DNA of 64,000 nt from Candidatus Bathyarchaeia archaeon (GTDB lineage: Archaea > Thermoproteota > Bathyarchaeia > Bathyarchaeales > Bathycorpusculaceae), in assembly GCA_038727135.1 (NCBI GenBank), contig JAVYWL010000001.1, positions 736,001 to 800,000 of the forward strand. Direction: 5' to 3'. The notes below the pieces were generated by a model, which was not told where the DNA came from, ran no database searches, and saw only the letters and a list, made by a program, of their open reading frames with translations. The position numbers were made by a program, and so were the translations under genes. Below, in pieces: positions 58,999-64,000 of the stretch; the first letter of the stretch is position 1, and each line of letters begins with the position of its first letter.

Positions 58999-59799
58999 TT
59001 ATTCCTTCTCTATAAGTGTTCCCCTAACCCGTTCTCCCTTTAGGGCTTTATAGATATATCGGGGCTTTGTAGCATTAACCATTAAAACTGGAATTCCAAG
59101 CTCAACCGCGGGAATAAGCTCAGCAATCTTATTTGCCATCCCGCCCGTCACATCACAAGCGTTTGACCCACCCAAAAGCTTCTGAACATTTTTAAGCTCC
59201 GCCAAAGTTAAACGGTCGAACATCTTGGCTTTCACGTCGGTCTTCGGATCAGCGTCATACAATCCGTCCACATCAACGCCAATCACAATATTTTTTGCGC
59301 TGAACCGCATGGCTAAGAACGCGACAAGCTGGTCTCCAGACAATATTGTGAAGCCTAACTTTGTGTCAAAGACGGCGTCTCCGTAGAGGACCGGAATAAA
59401 GCCCATTTTCATAAGCTGTTTGAGGGGAGAATCTTCAAAGCACATTATTCTGCCATTCTGCGTCATTATGCACGAAGAAGGTGTGATGCTTACTGCTGGT
59501 ATGCCCCGCCATATTAAGGCGTCCATAAAAAGTCCATTAAGCACCGTCATAACGTGGTGGGTTTCTGCAAACCCTATTATTTGTGACTCCTCTTTAAAGC
59601 CTTCTTTTATGGCGTGTTTTTGCGCCACTGGGTGGCCAAAACTTCCGCCGCCATGCACAATTATCAAGTTTTTAGTGTTTGCTTCAAGTATTTCGTCTGC
59701 TATTCGACTTATGGCTTCCATTTGAACACCAAGCTCTCTGCTCTTATCCGTTATTACGGAGCCGCCAATCTTCAGAACAGTCGGTCTAGGTTGGCTCAA
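58999..59799 (-). CDS. ipk: Isopentenyl phosphate kinase
   Basis: KIGGSVITDK, HGGGSFGH, SGD, DVTGGM. Confidence 0.95.
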   Translation of the reverse strand: MSQPRPTVLKIGGSVITDKSRELGVQMEAISRIADEILEANTKNLIIVHGGGSFGHPVAQKHAIKEGFKEESQIIGFAETHHVMTVLNGLFMDALIWRGIPAVSITPSSCIMTQNGRIMCFEDSPLKQLMKMGFIPVLYGDAVFDTKLGFTILSGDQLVAFLAMRFSAKNIVIGVDVDGLYDADPKTDVKAKMFDRLTLAELKNVQKLLGGSNACDVTGGMANKIAELIPAVELGIPVLMVNATKPRYIYKALKGERVRGTLIEKE

Positions 59800-60769
59800 T
59801 TCTAACCCCCTCATCCGTTTTTCTCGCTAAGAAGGCGTTTCCTCCAGCCCTCCGAACAGCCTCCAAAACATTTTCAACTTTATCGTTGCTTGCAAGAGCT
59901 ATCATGCATCCTCCGCCACCCGCACCAGTCAGTTTTGCACCTAGTGCACCTGCCTTACGGGCGGCGTTAATGAGCCACTCTAGAGACTCGTCTGAAACCC
60001 CTAATCCATAAAGCAGTGCATGGTTTATGTTCATCAGTTCCCCTATGGTTTCCAAGTTGCCTTCTTTTAGGGCTTCAATGGCTCTTAAAACTATTTCACG
60101 GGCAGCTCTCATCATGGGCTCAACAATCTGTGGATAACGTTCCCTCAAGCTTCGAACTTTTGCAACTTGGCTCCGCGTTGACCTTTCAACACCAGTATTG
60201 CCAACAACTAGCGGTATATCCGCCCTAACATCAAGAGGCTTAAACCCCGTGTCTATCTGAAAAAGCAGCGCCCCTCCAAAAGTTGATATTGCTGGGTCAA
60301 CGCCTGAAGGCGTGCCATGCATTATCTTTTCAGCTTCATAGGCTATGCGGAAAACATCCTCCTTCGACATCTTCACATTTAATAGAGCGCCGACAGCCGC
60401 TGCCACGGCGGCAGCCACAGCTGCTGAAGACCCTAAACCAGCTGCGACTGGAACTGTTGAGTTTACCTCTATGTTTAAGCCAACCCTCTCGCCTGAAATC
60501 TCTAGAACCTTCTCCACTGCGCATTTAAGCGGTTCAAGCTTCATTTTAGCCTCTTTTGGGTTTCCTTCTTCAACCCTAAAGTTTCCATCTTCAAAAAATC
60601 CAGCAACGTTTAGGTTTAAAGAGCGCAGGAAAAGCCTCTTATCCTCACGTAGTTCCGCCTTTGCGTAGGCTCTTTTATCTATAGCTAGAACTATGGCTGG
60701 TTCACCGTAGACGACGAAATGTTCTCCGAAAAGTATTATTTTTGCGGGAGCCGAAGCGATAACTCCCAT
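59786..60769 (-). CDS. mvk: Mevalonate kinase
   Basis: PAKIILFGEHFVVYG, GLGSSAA, HGTPSGVD, KLTGAGGGG. Confidence 0.96.
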   Translation of the reverse strand: MGVIASAPAKIILFGEHFVVYGEPAIVLAIDKRAYAKAELREDKRLFLRSLNLNVAGFFEDGNFRVEEGNPKEAKMKLEPLKCAVEKVLEISGERVGLNIEVNSTVPVAAGLGSSAAVAAAVAAAVGALLNVKMSKEDVFRIAYEAEKIMHGTPSGVDPAISTFGGALLFQIDTGFKPLDVRADIPLVVGNTGVERSTRSQVAKVRSLRERYPQIVEPMMRAAREIVLRAIEALKEGNLETIGELMNINHALLYGLGVSDESLEWLINAARKAGALGAKLTGAGGGGCMIALASNDKVENVLEAVRRAGGNAFLARKTDEGVRIEPT

Positions 60770-60778
60770 CCTAAACCA

Positions 60779-61627
60779 CTATTTTGTGAATTGCACGGCG
60801 GCGTACCCAACAACGGCTGAGTAGTCGCCAGTTACATCTCCACTAGTCTTGTAACATAATAATTTTGCCTCTTTCGCCCCTAAAGCCTTTGCAGCCGTGA
60901 TAAGGGCGGCTATGGGACCATAACCGCACGCGGTGATTCGATGCTCTTCGATTATGGAATAAAAGTGTTCCTCATCCATTACTTCTACAGCTTTAAGAGC
61001 CAGCATGTCTTTCTTTTCAGCTACTTTTTGTGGCTCATAGTGGGTCATGTCTGAAGAAGCCACAATTAAGGCGTTTTTCCCAGCTAAAACCCTTGCAACA
61101 GCTTGCCCAACCTCTCTTGCAGAGTGCAAATCCTGCATTAAAAAGCATATGGGCACGATTTTAAACGCTGAGCCAAAAAGGTATTGCAGAAATGGAAGCT
61201 GCACCTCAATGGAGTGCTCATATCGGTGGGCGGAATCATCAACATCAACTATGCGAGCTTCCCTAACAATTTTATTGGCTGTTTCCCCATCAACCTCAAC
61301 ATCGCCAAGCGGGGTGCGCCAAAAACCCTCATTCATCACAGCTAAGGCGCTACCATAACCAGTATGGTTTGGGCCAAAAAGCACAACAGTGTCTGGCTTA
61401 CCATCAGAAGCCAAATTATAATAGGCGTGGGCTGCCACAGGTCCAGAGTACATATATCCAGCATGAGGGCATACGAGACCAACTATGCGCCTCGGTCCTT
61501 CAACAACTTTTGGGATTTTTCCCGGTCCCAACTCGTGTAGGAAGCACTCTTCAATCTGCCTCTTCAAAGATTCGGCTTTTCCAGCGTAGAATGCTCCAGC
61601 TTGGCTTGGAAGCCGAATCTTCGCCAT
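60779..61627 (-). CDS. MEMO1 family protein (AmmeMemoRadiSam protein B)
   Basis: AGAFY, PHAGYMYSG, GPNH, EHSIEVQLPF, SSDMTHY, CGYGP, VGYA. Confidence 0.94.
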   Translation of the reverse strand: MAKIRLPSQAGAFYAGKAESLKRQIEECFLHELGPGKIPKVVEGPRRIVGLVCPHAGYMYSGPVAAHAYYNLASDGKPDTVVLFGPNHTGYGSALAVMNEGFWRTPLGDVEVDGETANKIVREARIVDVDDSAHRYEHSIEVQLPFLQYLFGSAFKIVPICFLMQDLHSAREVGQAVARVLAGKNALIVASSDMTHYEPQKVAEKKDMLALKAVEVMDEEHFYSIIEEHRITACGYGPIAALITAAKALGAKEAKLLCYKTSGDVTGDYSAVVGYAAVQFTK

Positions 61628-61632
61628 CCCGA

Positions 61633-62334
61633 TTAGCTCTCCTCTTCCTCCTTTGAGATTTTAGCCTCAAAATCCTCAATGGTTAGTGGCATATCCTTGT
61701 CTGGTGGGAGCTCTCCTCTTTCGCGCAAAACCTGCCTCGCGAGAAGCCAGTAAATAACCGCTAAGGCTCTCCTACCCTTGTTATTTGTTGGTATTACTAG
61801 GTCAACACCGGAAAAGTCGTTGTCGGTGCTGCACAGGGCCACCACCGGAACACCTATGGAGGCGGCCTCCCGCACTGCTTGGGAATCCGCTCTGGGGTCT
61901 GAAACTATTAACACATTTGGTTCAATACGGTTGGGATAGAGCGGGTTTGAAAGCAGCCCGGGAATGAAGCGTCCAACAATTGAGGTTGCGCCAACTGCTT
62001 CACAGAACTTTTTCACGGGTTCTTGTGCGTATAGCCTAGCTGCGGCGGCAGCTATCCTTGAAGGCTCAAATCTTGCCAAGAATTTGGCCGCCACCCTTAT
62101 ACGCTCATCAGTCTTTTTCACATCTAAAACAAATAGGCCGTCTGGTCTGACGCGGTATATAAACTGTTCCATGTCCTTCGTCTTCATTCTAGTTCCAATG
62201 TGTATTCCAGCCGAGAGAAGCGTGTCTCGGGGCAATAGGAGTTCTTCTTCTGCGCTTACACTTGTTTCCTCTTCAAACTTTTCCTTTTTAGCTTCTTCCT
62301 TATCCTTTTCAGCCAAACTTATTTCACTCTCCAT
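61633..62334 (-). CDS. rps2: 30S ribosomal protein S2 (uS2)
   Basis: GIHIGT, GRFIPG, IPTNNKG. Confidence 0.97.
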   Translation of the reverse strand: MESEISLAEKDKEEAKKEKFEEETSVSAEEELLLPRDTLLSAGIHIGTRMKTKDMEQFIYRVRPDGLFVLDVKKTDERIRVAAKFLARFEPSRIAAAAARLYAQEPVKKFCEAVGATSIVGRFIPGLLSNPLYPNRIEPNVLIVSDPRADSQAVREAASIGVPVVALCSTDNDFSGVDLVIPTNNKGRRALAVIYWLLARQVLRERGELPPDKDMPLTIEDFEAKISKEEEES

Positions 62335-63588
62335 TTATGGAATGTGGAGTTCAGCCATTTTAGCCCTATCTCCGAGAAACTCCTCAATTCTCAGCAACTC
62401 ATTTATTTTTGCTATTCGAGCTCCCTCCACCACGCCAGTCTTAATGATGGGACATTTAAACGCCACAGCTAAGTGGGCAATATGCCAATCACATGTATCG
62501 CCAGAACGGTGAGACACCACTGGCACATATCCAGCCCTTTTCGCAGTTTCAATAGTATCCAAAGCATCTGTAAGCGTGCCCACCTGATTCACTTTAATTA
62601 TTATGGCGTTGGCTGCCCGCACTTTAATTCCATGAGATAATCTTTCATTGTTTGTGACGAATAAGTCATCGCCACAGATGAGGCAGTTCTTAACCTTCTT
62701 TGTGAGTTCCGCAAAACTGCCATAGTCTTCCTCGTGGAACGGGTCTTCCACATAAACCAGATGATACTTTTCGATAAACTGCCGAATAAATTCCAGCTGT
62801 TCTCCAGGGTCCAACTCCTTTTCATTTCTCTCATATACATATTTCTTCTTTTTAGCATTCCAGAGGGATGAAGCCGCAACATCAATACCGAAACCACATT
62901 TAAAGCCCATTTCGTTGCTTACCTCTTCGCATGCCGAAGCCATAATTTCAAGAGCTTCCATGTCGGTGATGTTTGCAATCCACGCCCCCTCGTCGCTTCT
63001 TCCGCCGCTGAAAAGTTTATCCTTTTTCCTCAAAGCTTCCTTAACTTTGCTGTGGATTCTTATGTTCGCTGTTGCTGCTTCCAGAAAAGAGTCAGCACCA
63101 TAGGGAAGAGCCAAAAACTCTTGTATATCCGGAGATTTTCCACTCGTATGCTTTCCACCGCTGATGATGTTTCCAAGAGGATAAGGAAGTCCGTGGGCTG
63201 CATATCCGCCCAAATATTGGAAGAGGGGTAAACCATAAGAGTTTGCGGCAGCTTCAGCGTTTGCCAAGGAGACCGCAAAGGCTGTATTTCCACCGATGAT
63301 TCTAAAGTCTTTTGTGTTATCTATCTCATGAAGGGTTTTATCAATCTCCTCTTGGAAGTCTGCGTTCAATCCAATAAGTTCCGGGGATATGAGCTCTTCA
63401 ACTTTCTTAATTGCCTCGTCTACCCCGCCTTGCGGATAATAAACAACCTCGGCTTTTCCTCGGCTTTCCCCAGCCGGCGCCGAGGCTCTCCCAAAACCAG
63501 AAGTAGTAATAACGTCAACCTCTATTGTTTCTTCTCCACGGCTGTTGAAAACCTTCCTTGCAATTACATCCTCAATAACTGTGGACAT
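62335..63588 (-). CDS. eno: Enolase
   Basis: NSRG, GGKH..QEF, DEG, EDPF, GDDL, KVNQVG, SHRSG, IKTG. Confidence 0.93.
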   Translation of the reverse strand: MSTVIEDVIARKVFNSRGEETIEVDVITTSGFGRASAPAGESRGKAEVVYYPQGGVDEAIKKVEELISPELIGLNADFQEEIDKTLHEIDNTKDFRIIGGNTAFAVSLANAEAAANSYGLPLFQYLGGYAAHGLPYPLGNIISGGKHTSGKSPDIQEFLALPYGADSFLEAATANIRIHSKVKEALRKKDKLFSGGRSDEGAWIANITDMEALEIMASACEEVSNEMGFKCGFGIDVAASSLWNAKKKKYVYERNEKELDPGEQLEFIRQFIEKYHLVYVEDPFHEEDYGSFAELTKKVKNCLICGDDLFVTNNERLSHGIKVRAANAIIIKVNQVGTLTDALDTIETAKRAGYVPVVSHRSGDTCDWHIAHLAVAFKCPIIKTGVVEGARIAKINELLRIEEFLGDRAKMAELHIP

Positions 63589-63603
63589 GTCTCCCGGGGC
63601 TCC

Positions 63604-63843
63604 CTATTGTTGATAGTACTGCATTCTGGCTTCCCTTCTCTTTTCTGCTTCTTCATAGAAGCGTAAAACCTCATCAATAATTTCAACGTGGGAAAGAAGC
63701 ATACGCCTGCAACAGTACCGCTTTATCCCCAAGCTGTCCAAAATGTCTCCAGCGTTTTCACCCATCTTAATCCTTCTCGCGAACTCCTCCCACTTGTCAC
63801 CAATTAACTTGCCGCACGTAAAACATCTTATGGGTATAATCAA
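63604..63843 (-). CDS. rpoN: DNA-directed RNA polymerase subunit N (Rpo10)
   Basis: IPIRCFTCG...[11 protein letters not shown]; GGAGGT SD upstream of TTG at 63843. Confidence 0.97.
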   Translation of the reverse strand: MIIPIRCFTCGKLIGDKWEEFARRIKMGENAGDILDSLGIKRYCCRRMLLSHVEIIDEVLRFYEEAEKRREARMQYYQQ

Positions 63844-63858
63844 CACTTTAACCTCCAA

Positions 63859-64000
63859 TCATCTATAGCTCTTCTGATCCCTTGCCCTTGCACCTGGACC
63901 ACCAAACTTTTTAGGCTCTTTTCTTCTTGGGTCACCAACAACCATTGTCCTGTCATATTCAATGAATGCTGTGCGCAATTGCGTGCTCTTAGTCCATTTT
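63859..64000 (-). CDS. rps9: 30S ribosomal protein S9 (uS9), C-terminal part
   Basis: Manual translation ...[32 protein letters not shown]. Confidence 0.96.
   Translation of the reverse strand, partial: KWTKSTQLRTAFIEYDRTMVVGDPRRKEPKKFGGPGARARDQKSYR

Noticed and set aside
62335-63588. Enolase with PAGESRG and SHRSGDT variants as a possible non-enolase
   Set aside because: The loop Ser and the catalytic and metal-binding residues are retained, and the gene sits in its usual rpoN-eno-rps2 context
63589-63603. Expected tRNA-Pro/rpoK between rpoN and eno
   Set aside because: The gap is only 15 bp; no tRNA cloverleaf was recognised here or in other intergenic regions

Overview
Archaeal chromosomal segment, gene-dense with many TTG/GTG starts. 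Gene content points to Candidatus Bathyarchaeia (TACK), but that is an inference. Core content: two thermosome subunits, Sua5/Cgi121, ABCE1, topoisomerase VI, aIF5B, TiaS, AlaS, rps13-rps4-rps11, Smc-ScpA-ScpB, and the rps9-rpoN-eno-rps2-MEMO1-mvk-ipk-fni-idsA-gltX-srp19 cluster. Catabolic genes: ftcD-hutI-hutU, a Pab87-type peptidase, a class V aminotransferase and a 2-oxoacid dehydrogenase E1a/E1b/E2. I saw no tRNA, rRNA, CRISPR array or transposase. Most notable, several absent from the ORF track: (1) a 73-nt double K-turn, box C/D-like RNA directly upstream of the THUMP (Tan1-like) gene; (2) a 24-aa (EEEEW)x4 micro-protein with a perfect SD upstream of ABCE1; (3) an accessory locus at 43-47 kb with a pilin, a prefoldin-like coiled coil, a Roadblock-DPBB fusion, a Roadblock protein, three wHTH proteins and a PD-(D/E)xK protein; (4) a dispersed ~48-bp intergenic repeat; (5) two genes that appear to start at ACG; (6) a PAC4/LpdD-fold gene coupled to a UbiD decarboxylase. 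All calls come from reading motifs by eye; no database searches were run.
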